A stretch of DNA of 40,000 nt from Brevundimonas sp. GTDB taxonomy: Bacteria; Pseudomonadota; Alphaproteobacteria; Caulobacterales; Caulobacteraceae. The stretch's first letter is position 1. Each line of letters begins with the position of its first letter. A program made the translations under genes and the position numbers. The DNA is taken from NCBI RefSeq assembly GCF_041919755.1, contig NZ_JAYRTD010000004.1, positions 185,916-225,915 on the forward strand. The letters are read 5' to 3'. The notes under the pieces were generated by a model. It did no database searches. It was not told the DNA's origin and saw only the letters and a program-made list of their open reading frames with translations. Positions 31,816-40,000 of this stretch are shown piece by piece.

Positions 31816-33691
31816 GGTGAGGATCCGGCTGATCCTGCTGGCCCTGGGCTTGCTGCTCGGTTCACAGTCCGCCGGACAGGCCTTTGCCTGGCTTTACGGG
31901 GCCGACCCCGTTCTGGGCCCTGCCTGGCGTCCCGCGCCGGACATCGCCCTTTACCCGCCGTGGTCGATTTATGTCTGGCGCCTTCGGTTTGGTGAGGAGG
32001 CGGCCCGCGCGGTCGGGTCCTGCGCCCCACTCATCCTCCTGGGGGGAATGGGCGGCCTGGGCCTCGGCGTTCTGGTCGACGGCGCCGGCCGGATAAGGCG
32101 GGTCCGGGGCTGGGGCGGAGCGGCCGAGGCCCGCGCCGCCGGTCTGACGGCCCCGGGCGGCTGCATCCTTGGCCTGCTTGGCCGGCAGCTGTTGGCGACG
32201 ACCGATCTGCGCCCGAGTCTCGTGACGGGCGGAACCCGGTCCGGCAAAGGGCGCGGCCATGTCATGCCGACTCTCCTGTCCTGGAACGCCAGTGTTCTGG
32301 TGCATGACCCGAAGGGCGAGCTCTGGAGACTGAGCGCCGGATGGCGGTCCCGCTTCAGCCACGCGCTCTACTTCGATCCCCGCGATCCGGCGTCCGCCTG
32401 CTGGAACCCGCTGGCGGAGATCCTTCCTGGCCCGGGGGAACTCGCTCATGTCCAGCGCCTGGTCGCGATCCTGTCGGACCCCGGGGGAGCGCGGGACGAC
32501 GAGGCGATCTGGGACCGGGCGGCTTCGGAGATCCTCGAGGCGGTGATCCTTCACGTGCTCTACACCGCCGAGGACGGCGACAAGACGCTGCTGACGGTTC
32601 GGGGGCTCCTGGCGGATCTGGACGATGCCGCCGAGGTCATGGGGCGGACGCTGCACCGGATTGGAATATCCGGTTCGCCCGAGGTGCATCCCTTCATCGC
32701 CACGGCCGTGAAAGGCTATGCGGCCATGCACGACCGTTTCCGGACGTCGGTCCAGGGCACGGCTCGGTCCTATCTGAAGTGGTTGGCGGGCGAGGATGTC
32801 GAACGGGCCCTGTCGCGTTCGGACTTCTCGATGGCGGACCTGATGTGCGCCGAGGTGCCTGTGTCCCTCTATGTGCAGGTGGCGCCCGCCGACGCGGCGG
32901 CGCTTCGGCCGCTGGTGCGTCTGTTCTTCTACGCCGCCGCCCAGGCGCTCACGGTGAAGGAGGGGGAGGCGGCGGACGGCCGGCCGAAACAGCATCGGCT
33001 CCTCATGCTCATGGATGAGTTTCCGCTTTTGGGTCGGGTGAGCTTCTTCGAGAAGTCGCTGCGATTGCTGAGCGGCTACGGGGTGAAGGTGATGTTCGTG
33101 GCCCAGTCGCTCAACGACATCGTCGAAACCTACGGGGCCAACAACACCATCCTCGACAACTGCGCCGTCTACACCGCCTTCTCGGCGCTCGATCCGCTGA
33201 CCCAGGACAAGGTCTCCAAGCTCACGGGGACGGTCCTGGAGACCCGGTCGAGCCGGAGCGCGCCGGCGGGTCTCGGGGCCGGGCGGAGTTCGGTGTCGCG
33301 ATCGGAAATCGAGCGACCGCTGGTCGAGCCCGGCGAGATCCGCTCACTGCCGGACGATGTCCAGTTGGTGTTCGCCGCCGGCGTCCGACCGCTTCGGACG
33401 CGCAAGCTCCACTATGACAAGCGTGAGCCGTTTCGCACCCGGGCGCACGATGTGGCGCCGGATCAGTCCATTGGGCTGGATGGCCCGCCTGTCGCGCCCC
33501 ATCCCTGGGCGGGGCGCCGCAGCCGTGGCGAAGACCCGCAAGCCTCCCTGCCGCTGTTCAAGGAGGTCGCGGCGGCGATGGACGAGCGGAAGGTCGCCGC
33601 CCGGGTGGCCGACATCTACGGGCGGGTGGCGCAGGAGATGGCTGCGCAGGACGCGGCTCTGGATCACTTGAGAGGACTGGGTGATGGCTAG
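31778..33691 (+). CDS. traG: Type IV secretion coupling protein TraG/VirD4
   Basis: N-terminal TM segments. Walker A GGTRSGKGRGHVMPTLL; Walker B LLMLMDEFPLLG. A start at GTG 31817 (2 nt after the GntR stop) is as likely as ATG 31778. Confidence 0.88.
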   Translation: MSAAVRGRRTATEVRIRLILLALGLLLGSQSAGQAFAWLYGADPVLGPAWRPAPDIALYPPWSIYVWRLRFGEEAARAVGSCAPLILLGGMGGLGLGVLVDGAGRIRRVRGWGGAAEARAAGLTAPGGCILGLLGRQLLATTDLRPSLVTGGTRSGKGRGHVMPTLLSWNASVLVHDPKGELWRLSAGWRSRFSHALYFDPRDPASACWNPLAEILPGPGELAHVQRLVAILSDPGGARDDEAIWDRAASEILEAVILHVLYTAEDGDKTLLTVRGLLADLDDAAEVMGRTLHRIGISGSPEVHPFIATAVKGYAAMHDRFRTSVQGTARSYLKWLAGEDVERALSRSDFSMADLMCAEVPVSLYVQVAPADAAALRPLVRLFFYAAAQALTVKEGEAADGRPKQHRLLMLMDEFPLLGRVSFFEKSLRLLSGYGVKVMFVAQSLNDIVETYGANNTILDNCAVYTAFSALDPLTQDKVSKLTGTVLETRSSRSAPAGLGAGRSSVSRSEIERPLVEPGEIRSLPDDVQLVFAAGVRPLRTRKLHYDKREPFRTRAHDVAPDQSIGLDGPPVAPHPWAGRRSRGEDPQASLPLFKEVAAAMDERKVAARVADIYGRVAQEMAAQDAALDHLRGLGDG

Positions 33692-34124
33692 GAAGGATGC
33701 CGGCGCCTGCCGCGTGCAGGTCTATCTGACGGATCAGAAGGTGGTCGCGGCCCTGAACCGGGAAGCGCGGGTGGGCAAGGTTCCGCTCAGCCAGGCGGCG
33801 GGACGGGTGATTGCCCGGGGACTCCAGAAGAGTCCGCACGCCGATCCGGATGATCGTCTCCTGCACCTGGACCGCAGTCTTCGCGACCATATGCGCTCGA
33901 CCGCCCGGGACATGCAGATCGTCCAGGAGCTTCTGATCGAGGTCGCCCGGGCCTTCTTCCTGCGCCTGCCCGACGCGGTTGTGGACCAGGACCCGACCGT
34001 TCAGGCGGCCGTCGACCGCCGGATCGAGCGCCTGCTGGACGCGACAGCCGCCAGGATCGTCGCCGGGCGGGCGACGTCGGAGGGCGGCGTGCCTGCAGAG
34101 GAACGATCGTTCGGGCCGAACTGA
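33684..34124 (+). CDS. Ribbon-helix-helix (CopG-like) protein between traG and trbB
   Basis: N-terminus CRVQVYLTDQKVVAALNREAR fits an RHH beta-strand and helix. GAGGA lies 8 nt before ATG 33684. TGATG junction with trbB. Confidence 0.6.
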   Translation: MARKDAGACRVQVYLTDQKVVAALNREARVGKVPLSQAAGRVIARGLQKSPHADPDDRLLHLDRSLRDHMRSTARDMQIVQELLIEVARAFFLRLPDAVVDQDPTVQAAVDRRIERLLDATAARIVAGRATSEGGVPAEERSFGPN

Positions 34125-35080
34125 TGAGCGAAAATCCGCTTATCGCCAATCGAAAGCTGGAGGCGCTCCGTCACGCGCTCGGCGAAACCGTTCTGGAGGC
34201 CCTCGTCGAACCCGCTGTGGTCGAGATCATGGCCAATCCCGATGGGCGTCTCGTCCTGGACAGAAGCGGGGAGGGGCGACGCGACACCGGAGAGAGCCTG
34301 ACCGCCGAGGCGCGTGAACGGGTGGTCCGGTTGATCGCGGACTATGTTGGCGAGACGGTCACGCGCGATGATCCGCGCGTGTCGGGCGTCTTGCCCGGCA
34401 CAGGCGAGCGGTTCCAGGGGCTGCTGACACCCGTGGCGCCGGGCCCGACCTTTTCCATCCGCAAGCGTCCGGCCGTAATCTGGACGCTGGACGACTATGT
34501 GCGCGATGGTGTGATGACCGCTGGTCAGGCCGACGCACTTCGAGCCGCGGCAGCCGGCCGGATGAACATCCTGATTTCGGGCGGGACAGGGTCGGGCAAG
34601 ACCACTCTCGCCAATGCGGTGCTCGCGGAGCCGGCCTTTGCCGGAGATCGGGTGTTCCTGGTCGAGGATACGCCGGAACTGCAGTGCTCGGCCTGGGACG
34701 TTGTCTCGGTGCTCACTCGGCGGCAGCCGATCGTCATCGGCGTGGTGGACCTGGTGAGGGACGCCCTTCGCATGCGGCCTGACCGGATTGTGGTTGGCGA
34801 AATGCGGGACGGCGCCGCCGCACTGGAGACGTTGAAGAGCTGGAACACGGGACACCCCGGCGGTCTGTCGACCCTCCATGCCAACTCGGCCGACGATGTA
34901 CTACGCCGCGTCGAGGACCTCATCGCGGAGGTTTCGGCCCGCACGCCCCGTCGAGCGATCGCTCAGGCGGTCGACCGGATCGTCCATATCCGGCGGACCG
35001 AGACCGGCCGGACAGTCGAAGCCGTGCTCGGGGTCGAGCCGTCGGACGACGGCGGCTACGCGATCACCCGCCTGGCTTGA
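34124..35080 (+). CDS. trbB: P-type conjugative transfer ATPase TrbB (VirB11 family)
   Basis: Walker A ISGGTGSGKTTLANAVL. RIVVGEMRDGAA and WNTGHPG (His box) typical of VirB11/TrbB. Confidence 0.9.
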   Translation: MSENPLIANRKLEALRHALGETVLEALVEPAVVEIMANPDGRLVLDRSGEGRRDTGESLTAEARERVVRLIADYVGETVTRDDPRVSGVLPGTGERFQGLLTPVAPGPTFSIRKRPAVIWTLDDYVRDGVMTAGQADALRAAAAGRMNILISGGTGSGKTTLANAVLAEPAFAGDRVFLVEDTPELQCSAWDVVSVLTRRQPIVIGVVDLVRDALRMRPDRIVVGEMRDGAAALETLKSWNTGHPGGLSTLHANSADDVLRRVEDLIAEVSARTPRRAIAQAVDRIVHIRRTETGRTVEAVLGVEPSDDGGYAITRLA

Positions 35081-35137
35081 GCACCGGAGAATGTGGCTGC
35101 GCACGGCAGGAACGCAGCCGTGGCGGGCTCCAAGCCC

Positions 35138-35248
35138 AAGTCATCGCGAGTTGATGCTGAGTTCTCCCCAAGTCGTTGGACGCAAGTCTCTACAAGTCTT
35201 ATCCTAAGTTGAGACGAGTCGAGCTAAAGTCTTCGAAAAGTCGAGAAG
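35138..35248. repeat. Array of about 8 short (A)AGTC repeats in the AT-rich trbB-trbC spacer
   Basis: AAGTC-type motifs start at 35138, 35170, 35184, 35194, 35206 (AAGTT), 35216 (GAGTC), 35227 and 35238. The last six are spaced 10-12 bp apart. Sub-repeats AAGTCT (x3) and AGTCGAG (x2). Confidence 0.5.
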
Positions 35249-35341
35249 AATATTCACTGCGACCTGTTGACAACCTGTGGGTATATTTGCTTGCAATGTG
35301 TTGCGGCGCGTTGAGATGCGCTGAAACAAAGGAAGTCTGAC

Positions 35342-35662
35342 ATGCGACGGATACTGGGGCGCCGGCTCTTCGGCGCGACGATGACGTGCGGCCTGATGGT
35401 GGCCGGGCCGGTTCTCGCCGGAGGATCGGGAATGCCGTGGGAGGGACCGCTGCAGCAGGTGGTCCAGTCGATCACGGGACCGGTGGTCCAGGCGGCCGCC
35501 GTGGTGGCCGTGGTGATCTTCGGGGCGGGCATCGCCATGAGCGAGAACGGCTCCTCGATGCGCCGAGGGCTGGGCATCATGTTCGGTCTGTCGATCGCTT
35601 TCGCCGCCTCGACCTTCTTCCTCGACTTCTTCGGCTTCGCCGGAGGGGCGGAGATCGGCTGA
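35342..35662 (+). CDS. trbC: TrbC/VirB2-family pilin
   Basis: 106 aa. Signal-like N-terminus plus two hydrophobic helices (VVQAAAVVAVVIFGAGIAM, GIMFGLSIAFAASTFF). AAGGAAG Shine-Dalgarno. Confidence 0.85.
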   Translation: MRRILGRRLFGATMTCGLMVAGPVLAGGSGMPWEGPLQQVVQSITGPVVQAAAVVAVVIFGAGIAMSENGSSMRRGLGIMFGLSIAFAASTFFLDFFGFAGGAEIG

Positions 35663-35940
35663 TGACCGGCTCCGCTCCAGACGGTCGTCCGAACGGTTGG
35701 GATCTGCCGGTCGCGCAGGCTCTGGCCGAGCCCGTCCTGATGGCCGGCATGCCGAGGGACTACGCGATCGCGATGGGCACCATCGCCATGGTGCTGGGTC
35801 TGGCCCTGCGGATCTGGTGGCTGGGCCTGCTGTGGTGGGCCGCCGCCCATGCGATCGGCCTGTGGGCTGCGCGCGCCGACCGGCGCTTCTTCGACGTCCT
35901 GAAGCGGCATCTCGCCCTGCCCGGCCATCTGGACGCGTGA
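35662..35940 (+). CDS. trbD: TrbD (VirB3-like) conjugal transfer protein
   Basis: 92 aa beginning MTGSAPDG... LAEPVLMAGMPRDYAI then a hydrophobic hairpin. TGATG junction with trbC. The track reports it only as the tail of a longer spurious ORF (35386-35940). Confidence 0.8.
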   Translation: MTGSAPDGRPNGWDLPVAQALAEPVLMAGMPRDYAIAMGTIAMVLGLALRIWWLGLLWWAAAHAIGLWAARADRRFFDVLKRHLALPGHLDA

Positions 35941-35947
35941 GGGTCGG

Positions 35948-38371
35948 ATGCGTTTCCTCGACGAACACCGCCGCCGTCCCGCCGCCCTGGCGGATCACCT
36001 GCCCTGGGCCGCCCTCGTCGCGCCCGGCGTCGTGCTCAACAAGGACGGCTCCTTCACCACGGCTTTCCGGTTCAGGGGACCGGATCTGGATTCATCGACC
36101 GAGGACGAGCTCATGGCGGTGCGGGCGCGCCTCAACAACGCCCTGCGACGCCTGGGGACCGGCTGGTGTCTGCACATGGAAGCGCGTCGGCGCGAGGCCA
36201 CGCCCTATCCCGAAAGCCGGTTCGACACCGACATCGCCTGGCTGCTGGACGAGGAGCGTCGCCAACGGTTCGAGGCGGGCGAGCCGGCCTTCGAAAGCGA
36301 CTTCCGACTGGCCCTCACCTGGCTGCCGCCGGCTGACGAAACCCGTCGGATCGAGCGCTGGCTGTTCGACGGCCTGTCCAGGGCGGACGCGGATTGGCGT
36401 CAGGCGCTCGCCGCCTTCGTACGGGAAGCCGCGACCACCCTCGACCTCCTGCGCGACGGCCTGCCCGAGGTGGCGCCGCTCGACGACGCCGATCTTCTGA
36501 CCTGGCTCCATGAGTGCGTGTCGCCGCGCGGCCACCGGGTGGAGCCGCCGGACGAGCCGATGTTCCTCGACGCCTGGCTCGCGGACGCGGACCTCTCGGG
36601 AGGCGTCGCGCCGCGACTGGGCGGGCGTTGGCTCAAGGTCATCTCGGTACGCGGTCTGCCCTCGGTGACCCGACCGGGATTGCTGGACGCCCTGGGCGCC
36701 CTGCCGTTTCCCTACCGCTGGACCGCGCGCTGGATCGGTCTGGACAAGCCGGAAGCGGAGCGGGAGATCGTTCGTCTGCGCAAGCGCTGGTTCGCCAAGC
36801 GAAAGGGCGTCGGCGTCTTGCTGCGCGAGGCCATCACCAAGGAGGAGGTGCCCCTCCTCGACACCGACGCCGCCTCCAAGACGGAAGAATGCGATGGGGC
36901 GCTGGCGGCCTTGGGGGCGGAGAGTTGCGCCTATGGCTATCTGACCCTCACGGTAACCGTGCTCGACGACGAGGAAGCCGGCGCCGCCGCCAAGGCGCGC
37001 GCGGTCGAAGCCGCCCTTAACGCCCAGGGTCTCGTCGCGCGCATCGAGGATCTGAACGCGGTGGAGGCCTGGCTGGGCTCTCTTCCGGGCGAGCCCTACG
37101 CGGACGTCCGGCGGCCGTTGGTGTCGACACTGAACCTGGCCGACCTGCTGCCCGTTTCGGCGGTCTGGGCCGGGCCGATGGGGGATCAGTGCCTTGGCGG
37201 CCCGCCGCTCGCGACCGCGCGGACCACGGGATCGACGCCCTTTAGGCTGGTGCTGCACGTCGGCGATGTCGGCCATGCCATGGTCATCGGACCGACGGGC
37301 TCGGGCAAGAGCGCGCTCCTGTCCTTCCTGGCGCTGCAGTGGTTCCGCTATCCGGACGCCCGGGTCGTGTTCTTCGACAAGGGACGATCCGCTCGCGCCG
37401 CGACTCTGGCGGCCGGGGGACGGTGGCGGGCGCTGGCGCCGGGCGCGGCCTTCTCGCTTCGGCCGTTGGCGGGCATCGATGAGGAGGGTGAGCGCGCCTG
37501 GGCCTCCGAATGGATCGCCGAGACCGTGCGGCTCGCCGGTCTGGAGCCCGTGCCCCGCGTCCGCGAGGAAATCTGGTCGGCCCTCGGCGCCCTGGCCGAG
37601 GCTCCGGTCGGTCAGCGCACCCTGACGGTCTTCTGCGCTCTGGTGCAGGACCGGGCCGTCGCGGCCGCCCTTGAGCCCCTGACGTTGAAGGGGCCGCATG
37701 GCGGCCTGCTCGACGGTGAGGGCGAGGCCCCGGTCCCGACCCGCTTCGACACCTTCGAACTCGAGAGCCTCATGGGCACGCCGTCCGCCGTGGCGCCGGT
37801 TTTGTCGGCCCTCTTCCATCATCTGGAGCGCGGCTTCGACGGACGGCCCACCCTGCTGGTGCTCGACGAGGCCTGGCTGTTCCTGGGCGAGACCGCCTTT
37901 GCGGCCAAGATCCGCGAGTGGTTGAAGACCCTGCGCAAGAAGCGTGTGGCCGTGATCTTCGCGACCCAGAGCTTGGATGATGTCGCCGCCTCGCCGATCG
38001 CCTCCAGCCTGATCGAGAGCTGCCCGACCCAGGTCTTCCTGCCCAATCCCCGGGCGCTCGAACCCGCCTCGGCCCGCCTCTACCAGGGCTTCGGACTCAA
38101 CCGGCGACAATTGGAGCTGATCGCCTTCGCGACGCCCAAGCGCGCCTACTACTGGCGCCAGCCCGCGGGCCGCCGGCTCTTCGACCTGCGTCTGACCGGC
38201 GTGGCCCTCGCCCTGTGCGGCGCCGGGTCGCCCGAAGATCAGACCCTCATCGACGACATCCTCGCACGCGCCGGCGAAGACCGGTTCGCGCGGGAATTCC
38301 TCACAGCCAAGGGAGTTTGCCATGTTGACGCTGTTCTCGACGCCTTCGCCCCGCCGCTCGCGGCGGAGTAA
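35948..38371 (+). CDS. trbE: TrbE (VirB4-family) conjugal transfer ATPase
   Basis: 807 aa. Walker A VIGPTGSGKSALLSFL; Walker B TLLVLDEAWLFL; ATQSLDD. Confidence 0.92.
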   Translation: MRFLDEHRRRPAALADHLPWAALVAPGVVLNKDGSFTTAFRFRGPDLDSSTEDELMAVRARLNNALRRLGTGWCLHMEARRREATPYPESRFDTDIAWLLDEERRQRFEAGEPAFESDFRLALTWLPPADETRRIERWLFDGLSRADADWRQALAAFVREAATTLDLLRDGLPEVAPLDDADLLTWLHECVSPRGHRVEPPDEPMFLDAWLADADLSGGVAPRLGGRWLKVISVRGLPSVTRPGLLDALGALPFPYRWTARWIGLDKPEAEREIVRLRKRWFAKRKGVGVLLREAITKEEVPLLDTDAASKTEECDGALAALGAESCAYGYLTLTVTVLDDEEAGAAAKARAVEAALNAQGLVARIEDLNAVEAWLGSLPGEPYADVRRPLVSTLNLADLLPVSAVWAGPMGDQCLGGPPLATARTTGSTPFRLVLHVGDVGHAMVIGPTGSGKSALLSFLALQWFRYPDARVVFFDKGRSARAATLAAGGRWRALAPGAAFSLRPLAGIDEEGERAWASEWIAETVRLAGLEPVPRVREEIWSALGALAEAPVGQRTLTVFCALVQDRAVAAALEPLTLKGPHGGLLDGEGEAPVPTRFDTFELESLMGTPSAVAPVLSALFHHLERGFDGRPTLLVLDEAWLFLGETAFAAKIREWLKTLRKKRVAVIFATQSLDDVAASPIASSLIESCPTQVFLPNPRALEPASARLYQGFGLNRRQLELIAFATPKRAYYWRQPAGRRLFDLRLTGVALALCGAGSPEDQTLIDDILARAGEDRFAREFLTAKGVCHVDAVLDAFAPPLAAE

Positions 38372-39068
38372 TCCGCTCAGGGCTCTGATCGCCTGTCTGG
38401 CGGCCGCCGGGATGATGGGGGCGACCCCGGTCTCCGCCCAGTTGGTGGTGGTCGATCCCACCAACCACATCACCAATCTGCTGCAGGCGGCTCGCCAGTT
38501 GGAGAGCCTCGCCAACGAGGCCCGGAGCCTGGCCGCCTCGCCCTACAGCCACCTCGCCGACAACAGCCAGTCCCTGCGTGAGATGGCTGAACTGGCGCGA
38601 TCCGCACGAGGCCTGGCCAGTTCAATCGGCGGCCTGGAGCAACAGTTCCGGTCCCTCTATCCCGACGACCTGTCCGGGGCGGACCTCGATCGTCTGCTGG
38701 CCCAGGGCGGGGCGCGCACCGAGACCGCGCGCCGGACCGCCGAGGACGTGGCCCGGACGGCCGCCGAACTGGAGCGGTTGGGACAGGGTCGTGATCGTCG
38801 CCTCAGCGGAGCCCTGTCGGCGAGCGAAGGCGCCACGGGTCAGACGGCGGCCGTTCAGTCCACCAACCAGATGCTTGCGGTCCTCGCCGAAGACCTTGCC
38901 GCCCTGCGCACCATCATGCTCGCCCAGTCCCGCCTGCTCGCCGAAGCCACTGCCAGAGAGGCCGCGGATCGGGCGTCCGGCGACGAGGCCCGCCGTCGGC
39001 GCTGGTCCGGGACGGCCGGAACCGTGGCGCCGCCCAGCTTCGATCCGCTCTCCCACGCGCGCGACTGA
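38322..39068 (+). CDS. trbJ: P-type conjugative transfer protein TrbJ (VirB5-like)
   Basis: Signal peptide then QLVVVDPTNHITNLLQAARQLESL and a coiled-coil body. GGGAG lies 8 nt before ATG 38322. Overlaps the trbE 3' end by 50 nt. Confidence 0.85.
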   Translation: MLTLFSTPSPRRSRRSNPLRALIACLAAAGMMGATPVSAQLVVVDPTNHITNLLQAARQLESLANEARSLAASPYSHLADNSQSLREMAELARSARGLASSIGGLEQQFRSLYPDDLSGADLDRLLAQGGARTETARRTAEDVARTAAELERLGQGRDRRLSGALSASEGATGQTAAVQSTNQMLAVLAEDLAALRTIMLAQSRLLAEATAREAADRASGDEARRRRWSGTAGTVAPPSFDPLSHARD

Positions 39069-39078
39069 GGAGCCGAGT

Positions 39079-40000
39079 CATGTCGGTCGGAGTGGAAACC
39101 CCGAATGAGCTGATGGTGGTGTTCTCCAACACCATCTCGGCCGGGTTCGACGCCCTGCAGGGCTCGGTGAATGGCGTGTTCGGCCTGTTGATCGCCCTGG
39201 TCGTCGCCCTGACCGGCATCCAGTGGGCCTTATCGCCGAACCGGGAGGTGCTGGCCTCGGGCTTCGGCAAGGTGCTGCTGATCGGGGCCTTCGCCTGGCT
39301 GATCAACGACTGGCAGCGCCTGTCCGAGACGATCTACGCCGGCTTCATCGAACTGGGCCTGACGGCGGGCGGGGGATCGCTGAGCCGGGCCGACTTCCTG
39401 AACCCCGGAGCGATCCTCGCCCAGGGCTGGGAGATCGTGAAGGCGCTGGGGGAGACGCCGGCGCCCGTCGACAACCCGCTGGACGTCGTCGGGAACATGG
39501 CCGACGCCCTGATCCTCGGGCTCGCCATGATCGGCATCATGCTGGCCTTCGCCGTGCTGGCGCTCCAGATCGTCGTGGCCCTTCTGGAGTTCAAGATCGT
39601 CACCCTGGGCGGGTTCGTCCTGCTGCCGTTCGGCATCTGGAACCGATCCGCCTTCCTCGCCGAACGACCGCTGGGCTACGTCGTGTCTTCGGGGCTCAAG
39701 GTGCTGGCCCTCGCCATCGTCGTCTCTGGCGCCCGAACGATCTTCGACCAGCTTCAGCCGTCGACCAATCCCGACATCTACGAAGGTCTCAGCATCCTGG
39801 TGGCGGCCATCCTGCTGGCCATGCTCGCGGTCTTCATACCGAACCTCGCCTCGGCGCTGGTCACCGGCGGACCCGCCCTTGGCGCCGGCGCGGCGCTCAC
39901 CGGGGCGCTCGCGGTCGGGGGCGCGGGCGCCTTGGCGGGAGCCGGTGTGGCCGGCGCGGGCGCGGCGGCGGGCGGCGGGGCGGCTCGCGTGGCCGGCCCG
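39079..40000 (+). CDS. trbL: TrbL (VirB6-like) polytopic membrane protein, 5' part (runs off the right edge)
   Basis: Hand translation from ATG 39079 (GAGGA Shine-Dalgarno at 39066-39070) is open to the window end. Multiple TM segments and a Gly/Ala-rich tail. Absent from the ORF track because there is no in-window stop. Confidence 0.8.

Noticed and set aside
35267-35290. Sigma-70 promoter for trbC (TTGACA ... TATATT)
   Set aside because: The spacer between TTGACA and TATATT is only 9 bp, and no hexamer at 16-18 bp looks like a -10 element. I kept it only as a remark within the repeat-array finding.
36092-38515. 807-aa minus-strand ORF, the same size as trbE
   Set aside because: A mirror ORF of trbE. 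The plus frame has the VirB4 Walker A and B motifs and fits the trb gene order. The minus product is low-complexity and Arg/Gly/Pro-rich.
1-40000. CRISPR arrays, tRNA, rRNA, IS elements, transposases or integrases
   Set aside because: Scanned for regularly spaced repeats, cloverleaf-like conserved segments and DDE or tyrosine-recombinase ORFs. Nothing was found beyond the repeats already reported.

Overview
High-GC (alphaproteobacterium-like) accessory DNA made of three modules. (1) 1-19.7 kb, minus strand: a 12-gene Dpd-type 7-deazaguanine DNA modification/restriction operon, in the order candidate dpdC, second DGQHR paralog, dpdA, dpdB, queD, queC, dpdE, F, G, H, I, J. dpdJ runs off the left edge. 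Nine of the 11 gene junctions are 4-nt start/stop overlaps. The operon is preceded by a 406-bp tandem duplication carrying two identical 69-aa XRE (C-protein-like) HTH genes, each with a perfect 16-bp palindrome upstream. (2) 20.6-31.8 kb: an astexin-type lasso-peptide locus. ECF sigma, FecR, a TonB-dependent transducer and an S9 isopeptidase lie on the plus strand. They converge on two 38-aa precursor genes (not resolved in the ORF track), a fused B1/B2 protease and an Asn-synthetase-like cyclase on the minus strand, with XRE and GntR regulators alongside. The leader motif places the core N-termini at Leu and His rather than the usual Gly. (3) 31.8-40 kb: a P-type (Trb) conjugative T4SS block, traG-RHH-trbB-C-D-E-J-L, with trbL running off the right edge. 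This implies an ICE or plasmid context, with modules 1 and 2 as cargo. Many long ORFs in the supplied track are antisense or off-frame high-GC artefacts, and several track starts are too far upstream. I saw no rRNA, tRNA, CRISPR array or transposase.
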